Shown one piece after another: positions 12,314-24,971 of a stretch of DNA of 40,144 bases; position 1 is the first letter of the stretch; every line of letters starts with the position of its first letter. The translations under genes were made by a program, and so were the position numbers. The notes under the pieces were generated by a model that was given only the letters and a program-made list of their open reading frames with translations, did no database searches and was not told the DNA's origin. The DNA is from Octopus sinensis (lineage: Eukaryota), in the NCBI RefSeq assembly GCF_006345805.1, contig NW_021835829.1:1-40144 (forward strand), in the 5' to 3' direction.

Positions 12314-12928
12314 ACACAAATTAAGGAATGGCCGTTCCTTAATTTGTTGTTGATTTATTAATAGTCTCTGACTATTTCCTTTTTCTCACTAGACCGCTGG
12401 GTCAAAAATAATTTCTGCTGAATTTTTTTGCTACCCTATATTGATTAATTATGAGTTTTCTGTTTAATTCCGAAATGGAATCGGCAGCTTATATTTGCTG
12501 CCGATAAATTTGGCGCGAGTACGATGAGTTCGAAAATTTTAGGTCAGATATTGCCGAAGCGGTAATGTTGCTGCCTCGTGTAATTTCTCTCCCCCTGGCT
12601 TTCTTTACTGATGATTTTTGGCCTATGGAAGATTGACTTGATTTAATTTAATCAGGCTGATTTACCATTAAAAAACGATGAAACAATGCATTGTCTAAAG
12701 ATGAACGGGGTAAATGTTTTTTTAATTTTTCTTCTTCTGGTTTACGGAATTACTACTATTTTGCGGTTGAAGCCTGGCTGTTATTTCTAGTGGGTTGAAC
12801 GGCCTATTATGGCCGTTCCTTAATTTGTTGTTGAATTATTAACAGTCTCTGACTATTTCTTTTTTCCACTAGACCGTTGGTGGCAAAATAATTTCTGCTG
12901 AATTTTTTGCTACCCTATATTGATTAAT
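12311..12928 (+). mobile_element. Terminally redundant 481-bp unit containing a hammerhead motif, with a fold-back 5' end
   Basis: A direct repeat of about 120 bp lies at 12330-12449 and 12811-12928. (TA)n lies on both sides. Bases 12311-12330 are an inverted copy of the unit start. Confidence 0.7.
12602..12701 (+). ncRNA. Candidate type I hammerhead ribozyme with long stem II
   Basis: Stem I TCTTTA/TAAAGA (6 bp). CTGATGA at 12608-14. GAAA at 12680-83. Perfect palindrome ACAATGCATTGT as stem III. GTC triplet, cut after 12695. The base of stem II is atypical. Confidence 0.6.
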
Positions 12929-13039
12929 AAATATATCTATAAATATATATATATTATAATATATATATATATATATTATATATATATATATATTATGCTG
13001 AATCTTCCAAGATCGCACAGTTTCTAAACTGTTGTATCG

Positions 13040-13488
13040 TACATAAATAATGCAAACATACAACGGTTGTCAAACGGTGGTTGCGGTGGGGAGACAAACA
13101 CACACACAAAGACACACACACACACACATACACACACATACACACAAATATAGTTTAAATTTATAGAAAAACAAAAGACGAAGACAGGTGCAGGAACAAC
13201 AAACAAGTGTATTAGTTTAACGCTCGGGAAAATGAAAAAGTCTTTTACATTTCGAGCCTACGCTCTTCAGCAGAGAGGAACTAGAGAAAATAAACAAAGT
13301 GAGAAAGAAAAAACCGTGTAAGGTTCAATATGACAAACTTCTTTTAGTTTCCGTCTGCCAAATCCTCTCACAAGGCTTTGGTTGGCTCGAGACTATAGTA
13401 AAAGACACTTATCCCAAGTGCCACGCAGCAGGACTGAACCCGGATCTATGTGGTTGAGAAATAAGCTTCTTACCTCACAGCCACGCCT
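13040..13488 (-). mobile_element. Old CORE-type SINE split by an insertion (3' part about 13040-13140, head about 13338-13488)
   Basis: GGTTGTCAAACG..GACAAACACAC and TTCCGTCTGCCAAATCC..CCCAAGTGCCACGCAGCAGGACTGAACCCGG..ACAGCCACGCC. Confidence 0.8.
13150..13330 (-). mobile_element. Short PLE-tail-like insert with a variant hammerhead motif at 13240-13278
   Basis: The minus strand reads CTGCTGA-A-GAGC-GTAG-GCTC-GAAA-TGT-A-AAAG. The insert lies between the two SINE halves. Confidence 0.4.
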
Positions 13489-13630
13489 ATTAATCTAACA
13501 TTTCCTGTACATACGGTATGTATATCCACATTACATCACAACTTCATAACCTAAAAGCTGTCTCAGTGAAATCTCCCCTCTCTCTCCCTCTTTCTTACAC
13601 TCCCTCTCATTCACTCACTCTCTCACTCTT

Positions 13631-13662
<32 letters not shown>

Positions 13663-13969
13663 TCTGCAAGCCATTACACATTTTACATTTGCGAATACTC
13701 CATACGGAGACCTCATCAATTATTTATTCCATCTACAAAACAAACTAATTACCAAGCTCTGAAAAACAACACTCCCACCACTCCCACCACACTCCTCCGC
13801 CGCGGCTTCCTCCTCCTTCTCCTCTCCCTCCTCATCATTATCACCATCATCATTAACTTCCATTGCTTTGCACAAGAACTAAAAGACAAAACAATGCAAA
13901 ACATTGGTTTGTCGACTTGGTTAGTTCGTCATATGTTCAATAAGTTACTATTCATCTCTTGTTGCTTTT

Positions 13970-14079
13970 GTTATTATTACTATTATTACTATTATTATTA
14001 TTATTATTATTATTATTATCATCATCATCATCATCATCATCAACATTATTATTATTATTATTACTATTATTATTATTTC

Positions 14080-14114
<35 letters not shown>

Positions 14115-14304
14115 TATTATTATTATTATTATTATTATCATTGTTGTTGTTCTTCTTTCTGTTGTTCTTGTTTCTGTTGTTGTTGTTGTTGTTGTTGTTT
14201 GAATTGAGAAAAGAAAAGCAGGTATCGAATAGAGATGAAAATCTAGCAAGATCGCAGCGGAGAAACGTGGGAAGAAGAGAAAAAAGAGGGGAGAAGAAGA
14301 AAAA

Positions 14305-14339
<35 letters not shown>

Positions 14340-14370
14340 AAAAGAAGAAGAAGAAGAAGAAGAATAAGAA

Positions 14371-14401
<31 letters not shown>

Positions 14402-14930
14402 AAAAAGAAGAAGAAGAAGAGATAAAAAGGAACATGAAGAAAAAATGGTGATGAGAAAGAAGTAAGTGTAGAAGAAGAGAATTCGTGAGGAAGGAAAGAA
14501 AGATGGAAAGAAGTGACAGAAAGAAAGAAGAAAGGATTTAGGAGAAACAGGAAAAGATAAAGAAGAAAAAGGAGTAGTAGTAAGAGGAGGAGGAGGAAGG
14601 AGAGGAACAGAAGAAATCAATGGAAAAAGAAAGAATCCGAAAAAGAACGAAAGAAGAAAAAGAAAGAGGAAAAGAGAAAGAAAGAATAAAGAAAGGACGA
14701 AAGAAGAGATGAGGAAAATGAGAATGTGAGGGTGAAGGAGTGAAAGAGAAAAAGACGAAAGAAGAAAAGAGAGAAGAAAGGAGAGGATAGATCAGGAAGG
14801 AAAAGGCAGAAAAGCAAGATGGAAGGAAAAGAACGAAAAGCAGGGATAAGAGATAAAGAAAGAAATAAACAAAGAGAGAAAGGAGAAGGAAAGAATAAAC
14901 GAAAAAGAGAAGGAAGAAAGAATGAAAGAG
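13970..14930. repeat. (TAT)/(CAT)/(GTT) array followed by (AAG)n and a purine-rich tract of about 700 bp
   Basis: Direct reading. Confidence 0.9.
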
Positions 14931-15289
14931 AGCATACCCATTGAATGACATTTCAAACGAATTTAATTGGCTCTGAAAAGGGAGAATTCGATCGTTTCTG
15001 TTCTTTACTTATGGCGTTTGTCAAAGAGAAACACCAAACAGGCATTGATAAGCTCCTAATGGATTTAGTGTTTATGCCTTTGATACAGTCTAAAATCCCA
15101 CCCCCCGAATTTTGGTATTGTTCCTATCGTGTTGTTGTTGTTGTTGTTGTTGTGGTGGTGGTGGTTGTGCAGGTGGTGGTTGTTTTAGTGGCGGTGGTGG
15201 CGCTGGTGTTGGCGGCAGTAAACGGAAGGCATTTTGTGTGATCGATAATCGTAGAATAAACGGAAATTATTAAACGGTATAAAATATAT

Positions 15290-15396
15290 AAATAAATATA
15301 TGATACATAATAATATAATATAATAATAATAATAAAATATAATGATATAATAATAATAATATAATAATAATAATAATCATAATAATAATAATAATA

Positions 15397-15427
<31 letters not shown>

Positions 15428-15567
15428 TGATAATAATAATAATAATAATAATATAATCTAATAATAATAACAATATAACAATAATAATAATAATAATAAT
15501 AATAATCATAACAACAACAATAATAATATAATAATAATAATAATAAATAATAATAATAATAATAACA

Positions 15568-15613
<46 letters not shown>

Positions 15614-15685
15614 CAATAATAATAATAAAGAATATAATAATAACATATAATAGATAATAATAATAAGACAATAATAATAATAATA

Positions 15686-15718
<33 letters not shown>

Positions 15719-15788
15719 ATAATAATAATAATACTAACAATATAATAATAATATCAGAATAATAATAATAATAATAATAAAAACAATA

Positions 15789-15819
<31 letters not shown>

Positions 15820-16339
15820 CATAACAACCAATAATATAATAATAATAATAATAATATAATAATAACAACAATAATAATAATAATAATATAATAATACAAT
15901 AATAATATAATAATAATAACAATACTAATATAATAATCATCAACACAACAACAATAATAATAATAATAATAATAATAACTGCTAATCATAACAATAATAT
16001 AATAATAATAATAATAATAACAAAACTAATAATAATAATAATCAATAACAACAACAATAATAAATAATAATAATAATAATAATAACAATAATAATAATAA
16101 TAATAATAATAAAATCCTAATAATAATAATAACAATAATATAATAATAATAATAATAAAATAATATACAATAATAAAAAATAATTATAATAATACTAATA
16201 ACAATAATAATAATAATAGATAATAATAAGTAACAATAATAATATAATAATAATACTAATAACAATAATAATAATATAATAATAATAATAATAACAATAA
16301 TAATAATAATATATAGAATAATAAATCATATAACAAAAC

Positions 16340-16370
<31 letters not shown>

Positions 16371-16779
16371 TAATAATAATAATAATAATATATAATAATA
16401 ATCATAATAATAATAATAATAATATATAATAAAATAATAACAATAATAATAACAATAATAAAATAATAATAAACAAAATAATAATAATAATAATATAATA
16501 ATATAACAATATAATAAACATAATATATAATAATAACAATAATAATAATAAATAATAATAATAATATATAATACAATAATAATCATAATATAATAATAAT
16601 AATAATCATAAACAACAACAATAATAATAATAATAATAATTTAATAATAACAATAATAATAGAATAATAAAATATAAATCTAATAATAATAATAACAATA
16701 ATAATATAATAATAATCATAACAACAAGAATAATAATAACAATAATAATAATAATAATATAACAATAATAATAATAATA

Positions 16780-16814
<35 letters not shown>

Positions 16815-16851
16815 TAACAATAATAATAATAATAATAATAATAACAACAAC

Positions 16852-16883
<32 letters not shown>

Positions 16884-16919
16884 TAATAATAATAAAATAA
16901 TAATAATATAATAATAATA

Positions 16920-16963
<44 letters not shown>

Positions 16964-17043
16964 AATAATAATAATAATAATAATCATAATAATAACAATA
17001 AATTAATAATAATAATAATAATATAATATGATAATAACAACAC

Positions 17044-17077
<34 letters not shown>

Positions 17078-17262
17078 TAATAACAATAATAATAATAACA
17101 ATAATAATAAAATAATAATAATAATAATAATAATAACAATAATAATATAATAACAATAACAATAATATAATAATAATAATATAATAATACAAATAAATAA
17201 TAATAATAATAATCATAACAACAACAATAATAATAATAATATAATAATAATAATAATATAAC

Positions 17263-17302
<40 letters not shown>

Positions 17303-17357
17303 TAAAATAATACTATAATCATAACAACAACATATAATAATAATAAATAATAATAAC

Positions 17358-17401
<44 letters not shown>

Positions 17402-17523
17402 GATAATAATATAATAATAATACAAACAACAATAATAAAATAATAATAATAACATAATAATAAATAAATAATATATAATAATAATATATAATTAATAATA
17501 TAATAATAATAATTAATATATAA

Positions 17524-17561
<38 letters not shown>

Positions 17562-17573
17562 TAATAAAACAAC

Positions 17574-17608
<35 letters not shown>

Positions 17609-17744
17609 TAATAATAATAATAATAATAACAATAATATAATAATAATAATAATAATAACAATAATATTAATAATAATAATAATAATAATAACAATAAACA
17701 ATAATAATAATAAAATAATAATAATAATAATAATAACAATAATA

Positions 17745-17790
<46 letters not shown>

Positions 17791-17858
17791 TAATAATAAT
17801 AAAAAATAATGACAATGAGAATAATAAATAAATAAATGAATAATTAATACTAATAATG
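15290..17858. repeat. Degenerate (AAT)n array of about 2.6 kb with AAC interruptions
   Basis: Direct reading. It explains the poly-I/L/Y ORFs. Confidence 0.95.
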
Positions 17859-18030
17859 ATTTCTAATTTTTCCTCAGGGGCAGCCATTTTAGGGGAAGGG
17901 ATGTGTCAATTACATCGACCCCAGTCTTTAATTAGTACTTAATTTATCGACCCCGAAAGGATGAAAAGCAAAGTCGACCTCGGCAGAATTTGAACTCAGA
18001 ACGTAAAGGCAGACGAAATGCCGCTAAGCA
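17858..18030 (-). mobile_element. SINE family A, 5'-truncated
   Basis: ATCGACCCCAGT..TACTTAATTTATCGACCCCGAAAGGATGAAAAGCAAAGTCGACCTCGGCAGAATTTGAACTCAGAACG..CGCTAAGCA. Confidence 0.9.
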
Positions 18031-18049
18031 ACAACAACAACAACAACAC

Positions 18050-18057
18050 TAATAATG

Positions 18058-18096
<39 letters not shown>

Positions 18097-18495
18097 TAAT
18101 AATAATAATAATAATGCCCTGATGCAGAACTGGACAGTGGCTCTCATGTTTTGTCTTGGGATAAAAGTTGGTCTACAGCAAATATTCTGCTGAACACCAC
18201 ACATTCGCTTGTCAATTGTTTGACCTTAACCAGTTGAGCATGTTCCTTGGTGGCTGACGACATGTGCATCTCTGATCACGAGCAGAAGTAGTGGTGAAGC
18301 ATCATAGCCATGTGTTGAAAGATAGCCTTGCGGTTTGAATGATTAATCTCTGGAAAAATGGGTGTTTCGTTCATCATCCTTAAACTAAATTTATACAGGG
18401 ATCTTTTGAACGGGATGGGTTACTCGACCTGAAGAAAATTCTAACTGGGCCTCACCTGCAAAGTCATACTCTGTTTATTTTGATATGTGATATAA
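18050..18495 (-). mobile_element. Unclassified interspersed repeat with an (ATT)n tail on the minus strand
   Basis: Non-simple sequence directly abuts a pure (AAT)n run at about 18050-18114, as a retro-tail would. It resembles a repeat I recall from Octopus genomes. No protein motif was found. Confidence 0.4.
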
Positions 18496-18903
18496 ATTCC
18501 TATAAATTCTGAATTGTATTTTAGAATTTATAGGAGTAGGTGTCTTTGAAGACTCATATTGTCGTTTAGTGCCCGAAATGAGGAGTAGATAGACAACCGA
18601 CAACTGATGAAGCGTCCCTCCTCTCTGTTTACTTCTCCTGTTTCACATTTTTTCTCGTTGTTTACGTATTTCACTCGTTTTTCCCTGTTTGTTTACGTAT
18701 TTCATGTTATTTTCACCGTCGGTGACGTCCTGTACCCACGTATGCATGTATATGTATCATTTATTATTTATTATATATAAATGTGCTTGTGTGGATGTGT
18801 GTATATACATGTACCAATATACATACGTATGTGTAGTGTTTATGCATACATATGCTCACAGGCACATAAGTGTATAATACATATATATATGCATATATAC
18901 AAT

Positions 18904-18981
<78 letters not shown>

Positions 18982-19027
18982 CATATATATATATGCATTC
19001 ATATATATACATACATACATATATATA

Positions 19028-19626
19028 TGCTCCCAACTGTGGTCACCGCATAGTGTCAAACTAACCACAGAGCTTGAGACAATCCAAAGACATTTCACCA
19101 GAGGATTTCCACCATGAAAGAAAAGAACTATTGGGAGAGGCTTAGGGAACTCAATTTGTACTCCTTGGAACGAAGACGAGAGAGATATGCAGTGATATAC
19201 ATATGGAAAATCCTGGAGGGACTAGCACCAATTTTGGAATTGAGAGCTGTTCCAATCCCCGTACAGGACGTCACTGTTTGGTGCCAAAGGTCCCGTCTTC
19301 CACATCCAGGGTAAGGAGCAGATACTGTAATAGCCTGGGGTTCAGGGGCCCTCAGCTGTTCAACAAACTACCAAGAAAACAATAGAGAGAACTATGATCT
19401 GACTGTGGACATTTTCAAAAAAAAACATCTAGACAAGCTGCTTTCCGGGATCCCAGATGAACCCACTGCAAGGTACGAGGGTAACCTAAGGGCAGCAGCT
19501 ACAAACTCTCTCTTAGATCAGTGGCCAGCCACGGCAAACTGGACTTAGAGAGGGTAGCAACAAGGGCGGTGCCCCAGCATGGCCTCAGCCGGATGGCTGA
19601 AACAAGTAAAAGAGTAAAAGAGTAAA
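19028..19626 (+). mobile_element. 3' end of a CR1/L2-group LINE (frameshifted RT C-terminus, 3' UTR and GAGTAAAA tail repeats)
   Basis: [25 protein letters not shown] / [39 protein letters not shown] / NFGIES..SLGFRGPQLFNKLP / ..FKKKHLDKLLSGIPDEP..NSLLDQ..*, with the stop at 19546-48. This matches the known CR1/L2 post-RT motifs. Confidence 0.88.
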
Positions 19627-20349
19627 TAGATAGATAAATAGATAGAAAGAGAGAGAGAGAGAGAGGAGAGAGATACATGTATCATATATATATATATGTA
19701 GGAATATGCGTGTAATGTCTAGGAATATATATGCATATTATATAAATATGTGTGTGTGTGTGTGTCTGAGTGTGTGTATGTGTGTCTGAGTGTGTGTATG
19801 TGTGTGTGTGTGTATGTGCGTGTGTGTGTGTGACTGTGTATAGACAGCCACTCTCGCCCGTAGACACTTGCTTCGCACACCATACATACAAACATAGAGC
19901 CACATGGCCGCCAGCGCAAATCATATGAAATATAAAATTAATTCGAAACCTAGAGGTAGAAGAGATTAAAATCCTAAATACGTTAATTCATAAATAATAA
20001 ATCGTATTCTTCAACCGCAGAAACCCACCCAACCAGCCAACAAGCCAACCAGCCAACCAGCCAGCCTACAACCCGACCCAAGCCGCACCTCAGTACCTCT
20101 TCTCCATGATCCACTCCTATTCAACTATTCTCTCATACTGACGTCTTCTAATTCTTGAACGTATTAGAAGCAGTCTGTTTCGAGGAGATACAATGTACGT
20201 TTTTCCCCAAAGAACGTCTTTCTTGACAAAATCTATATTTTTAGCCATTTTGCAGACAGCTTATGTTGTGGCTTTCTGTCTTGTCGAAATGTTATTGAGT
20301 AATGTCTGTGATGTCTGTGACTTGTTTGGTAAGCTCTGCTGTATATGTG

Positions 20350-20355
20350 TGAGTG

Positions 20356-20387
<32 letters not shown>

Positions 20388-20421
20388 TGTATGTATGTAT
20401 GTATGTATGTATGTATGTATG

Positions 20422-20483
<62 letters not shown>

Positions 20484-20520
20484 TGTATGTATGTATGTAT
20501 GTATTATATATATATATGCG
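20350..20520. repeat. (GTAT)n-(TA)n-(GTAT)n microsatellite
   Basis: Direct reading. Confidence 0.95.
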
Positions 20521-21218
20521 TATGTATGTATATGTATATTTATGGTGTATACAAGTGTGTGGTTGTATAGTGTGTGCATTATGTATAGTCGAATTCTGCT
20601 GTGGGTGCACTCATATCAGCACAAGCACCCACACCCACACCCACCTAAACACTCACACACACACACACACATACACACACACACACATTTATATACACAC
20701 AGCCACTAGCATTATTTTCGAGTTTTGCTTTTACGATTATGATTTCATTTAACTCTCAGAATTATATATATATATACATATATATATATATACATGAACA
20801 CGTACTGATATGTTTATTTATGTGTGTGCACACCATGAAGTGATACTCAATGCGACATACACAAAAAATAAATTGAATTTCTAAGTTTTTCGTATATAAA
20901 TTCCTGTATCCGTTCGGATATTTTCAGGCTTATATTTTATCACAATATTATTTCTTCGCATTACCATATTATCGATGAGTTACCAGACAAAACTGGCTTC
21001 TGGGAACCGAAGTTAGATTTCTTTTTTCCTAATATATACTCTCTGTTCACAATAACAATGGCGTTCCGCTTACTCTTTATCCTTGTTTGGTTGATACAAT
21101 AAATACAAAATGAAGTACTGACAGTTGATTAAATTATCTGTCGCCCTGCATTAGAATTGACTCCATGTTCCTATCGCAGAAATAAATCTTATACGTTGTT
21201 TGTTACCGTTTGTTAATG

Positions 21219-21850
21219 CGGCCAGCTGGCAGAAACGTTAGCACACCGGACAAAATGCTTAGCGGTATTTCGTCCGTCTTTACGTTCTGAGTTGGAATTC
21301 CGCCAAGGTTGACTTTGCCTTTCATCCTTTAGTGGTCGATAAATTAAGTACCAGTGAAACACTGGGGTCGATGTAATCGACTAGTTGCCTCCTCTGGCCT
21401 TTGAAACCATTATTACTCATAATTAAGTCTGCCAAGGTTGACTTCGCCTTTCATCCTTTAGGGGTCGATAAATTAAGTACCAGTGAAACACTGGGGTCGA
21501 TGTAATCGATTAGTCGCCTCTTCTGGCCTTATGCAAAAATTTGAAACCATTATTACTCATAATTAAGTCTGCCAAGGTGGACTTAGCCTTTCATCCTTTC
21601 CTTGTCGATAAAAGAAGTACCAGTTGAAAACGGGTCAATGTAGTCGATTTTTCTCCTCTCACAAAATTGCTGGCCTTGTGCCAAAATTTGAAACCGTTAT
21701 CAGCATTTTTTAGAAGACGGTGAGTTTGCAGAGTCTTTACTGCACCGAACAAAGTGCTTAGCGGCTTGTTTTCCGGTTCATTGCTTTCTGAGTTCAAATA
21801 GCACCGAGGTCGATTTGCGTTTCAACTCTTTTCCAAGATTGATTAATTTA
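21219..21850 (+). mobile_element. SINE family A cluster: one copy with head, two tandem headless 3' units and an old head fragment
   Basis: GCCAAGG anchors at 21302, 21431 and 21571. An older head (GACGGTGAGTTTGCAGA..) starts at about 21716. Confidence 0.85.
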
Positions 21851-21922
21851 ATTCTGCTTAATTTAATTCGTCCTTAGTCGAAAGACACCTGTTGTTTAAT
21901 GTCTTGATGTTTGTATTTGTAA

Positions 21923-22126
21923 TTGTCAACACAATTTTATGGGACAGGGATACATGCTCTCCTTCGAAGGTGGAACATTGCTATTGAGAGAAGCGGTGAC
22001 TATGTTGAGAAGTAGGGATGTGATCCACAGAAGACCAGCTTCATTTTGATGTATGATACATGTTCCTGTGTTGGTAATTATACCTGTCCTAAACAAAATG
22101 GCATTACTTTTTGACTCACCCTTCTA
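21923..22126 (+). mobile_element. Mariner transposon right end (transposase C-terminus and TIR)
   Basis: FYGTGIHALLRRWNIAIERSGDYVEK* (21935-22015) matches the mariner motif FYxxGIxxLxxRWxKCIxxxGDYVEK. A TIR-like CTTTTTGACTCACCCTTC is followed by TA. Confidence 0.85.
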
Positions 22127-22619
22127 CATATTAATACACATACAGTTCGCACAGGTATATACACACATCCACATACTGGAGGGCACTCATGTACACATAT
22201 GGAAACAAACATGTCCACACTCATATATATGTTACTGATATACGCACACAGATATACACGTATGCACATATGCATTCACATGCCCCACACCCACACTGCA
22301 GACACACCGACACGCAAACATACACTTGTAGCTCCATCCGCAAGCACACACATCCATGCGCTGACGCACCCAGGGGTGGTGGAGGAATTAAATCAGAAGC
22401 GTAGCCCGAATGCTTGCAATAGTGTGGATGCAGCTAAAAGCACCCAGAGACCAGATGAAGGACTTAAACAAGAGATGTAGTCTCAATGCTTGCCGTTTTC
22501 TCCGGTTTTATAGTTTTGACAATTGACCATATAATTTGATATCTTCAGTTCCTTTCTCTGCCGTTCTCCAAAGAGATTAGGGCAGCGATTTTGTATTTCA
22601 TTTTTCTGTAAAAACATTC

Positions 22620-23040
22620 TCTTTTACTCTTTTACTCTTTTACTTGTTTCAGTCATTTGACTGCGGCCATGCTGGAGCACCGCCTTTAATCGAGCAACTA
22701 GACCCCGGGACTTATTCTTTGTAAGCCTATTACTTATTCTATCGGTCTCTTTTGCCGAACCGCTAAGTAACGGGGACATAAACACACCAGCATCGGTTGT
22801 CAAGCAATACTAGGGGGACAAACACAGACACACAAACACACACACACATATATATATATATATACATATATACGACGGGCTTCTTTCAGTTTCCGTCTAC
22901 CAAATCCACTCACAAGGCTTTGGTCGGCCCGAGGCTACAGTAGAAGACACTTGCCCAAGATGCCACGCAGTGGGACTGAACCCGGAACCATGTGGTTAGT
23001 AAACAAGCTACTTACCACACAGCCACTCCACTCCTGCGCC
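22620..23040 (-). mobile_element. CORE-type SINE, full length and young
   Basis: Complete head through (CTTTTACT)3 tail. Possible 6-bp TSD ACATTC at 22614-19 and 23042-47. Confidence 0.93.
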
Positions 23041-23479
23041 TACATTCGGTTAAAATTTTATCAGGAATTAACAGAAACAAAATCACTAAAACCAAACTCT
23101 ACATTTATAACATATATGTGTTGTCCTGACAGTTGAAAGTGTGTGTGTGTGTTTGTGGAATTATGTGTATACGATGGAAACGATGGAACTTCTACACTGA
23201 AGCAAATGGTCTACGTCAGATATTTAAGAGTGCAACTACATGGTGTGCACCACAAATATATTCAAAAGTAGATAAGCACAATCAAAATCCCTGACCAGCC
23301 AAATACATCTCAAATTAAGAATCGTGCTAAAAGTAACTTTGTCGTAGAATTTCTGCATAAAATATATTTTCACAGTAAAAATTCACATAAAATATATATA
23401 TTTTGGTATAGTTTTTAACCGCTGGCGTAAAGCATATTAGGTGATAGCTACTGAAATTTTGACGTCAACGCGTAAGAAT

Positions 23480-24938
23480 CTATGGAACAACACAGTAACA
23501 CCAATGTACCAGTTATCACGTAGTTCAAAGGCATCGAAAATAAATATTCAGATTTAACACTTCGATGTTGCTGATGATAATCTTTCGGAGATAATCTTTT
23601 AAAATACCGAGTATTTCATTACAATATACAACTATACAACTAAAAATTCAAGCTGCAACATAACAACAAGTGGTTATGATATTTCAGATAATTTTGAGAA
23701 AACAGAAATCTATGAGCAAGAGTGAAGTTTGTTTTTGTTGAAAAAATGCTCAAGGCTCCATGAATGGATTTAGCGTGGGCTTGTATAGAGATGATGGGTT
23801 GATGATATCACACAGTGTTAACACGTCAACAGATGACACTCCGAGAAAAATATTAATTACAACAATAAAAATATTAGATCAGAGAGCAACACCCAAGGCA
23901 AAATTTACAGCTTTAAATTCACTGCAATATCTCTTTGAAACTAAAATCAAAATCACGCGTTCCCTTTTTAGAGACATTCTAGCGCCCGATCTTATAACCA
24001 ATCTCAATGGATCTACTCATCAGGCATCAGAAAAAACATGTACCGACAGCATTTGTTAAGGAATCAAAGTTTTATACTTCAACGATACCACATTTACAAG
24101 GCATCAACAAACATGTAGCGAACTGGCAGAGTCTTCAGAGTGACGATTAGAGGGCTTTGCAGCATTTTTTCCTAATCTCTACACTTTGAATTCAAATGCT
24201 ACTGATATCAATTTTGCCTTTCATCTTTTCGTGGTTATAGGTTGGCAGAATTATCAGAACGTCGAAATTGATGCGTTTGGGCATCAATTCCAGCTGCATT
24301 GTGATTTCATATCCAGCCCCCTTATCAAAAGATGGTTCTGCAAGTATTTGCGACCAATAGTGTTGGTATTTTGAAGAACCAATGGAAACAAAATTTCTTT
24401 GGTTCAGTCGTAGATTGGCTACCACGACCATTATTATTTTGAAGTCAAAATATATAAAAGAATTTAAGTAGTAAGAATACAACTAGTAATTGCTCTTAAA
24501 ACTACTTGGTTATGTTCCCCCGTGCAACAAATAAAAAGCAATAAAGCAAAATATTTCTCTCCATAATTAGAAATAATTATGAATAATTATTCATAAGCAT
24601 TTCAAGGAAAACAACATAAAATCAGCTACCGCTGCACAAAAATTATGCCAAGTGCCACTACAAGATATAATACTCTTTATTCTCTTACTCCTGTTTTTTC
24701 AGTCATTTGACTGCGGCCATGCTGGAACACCGCCTTTAGTCGAGCAAATCGACCCCAGAATTTATTCTCTGTAAGCCTAGGACTTATTCTATCGCTTTCT
24801 TTCTTTTGCTGAAACGCTAAGTTACGGGGACGTAGAGACACCAACATTAGTTGACAAGCGATGGTGGTGCGGGGACAAACACAGACATGCATATATAAAA
24901 CTGAAAGAAGCCTGTCGTATATATATATATATATATAT

Positions 24939-24971
<33 letters not shown>

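Noticed and set aside
18560-18625. CCCGAAA..CTGATGAAG as a type II hammerhead
   Set aside because: Stems I and III cannot be formed and stem II is broken in this copy. It may still be a PLE-tail remnant.
20256-20328. 73-nt exon candidate (TTTTGCAG|..TTTG|GTAAGC) encoding [24 protein letters not shown]
   Set aside because: No recognisable protein similarity and no partner exons. RNA-seq would be needed.
24192-24482. Minus-strand ORF with a weak WSQIL..KGAG resemblance to a GIY-YIG tail
   Set aside because: It overlaps a decayed SINE and lies antisense within the plus-strand PLE, whose real GIY-YIG is at about 25170-25440.
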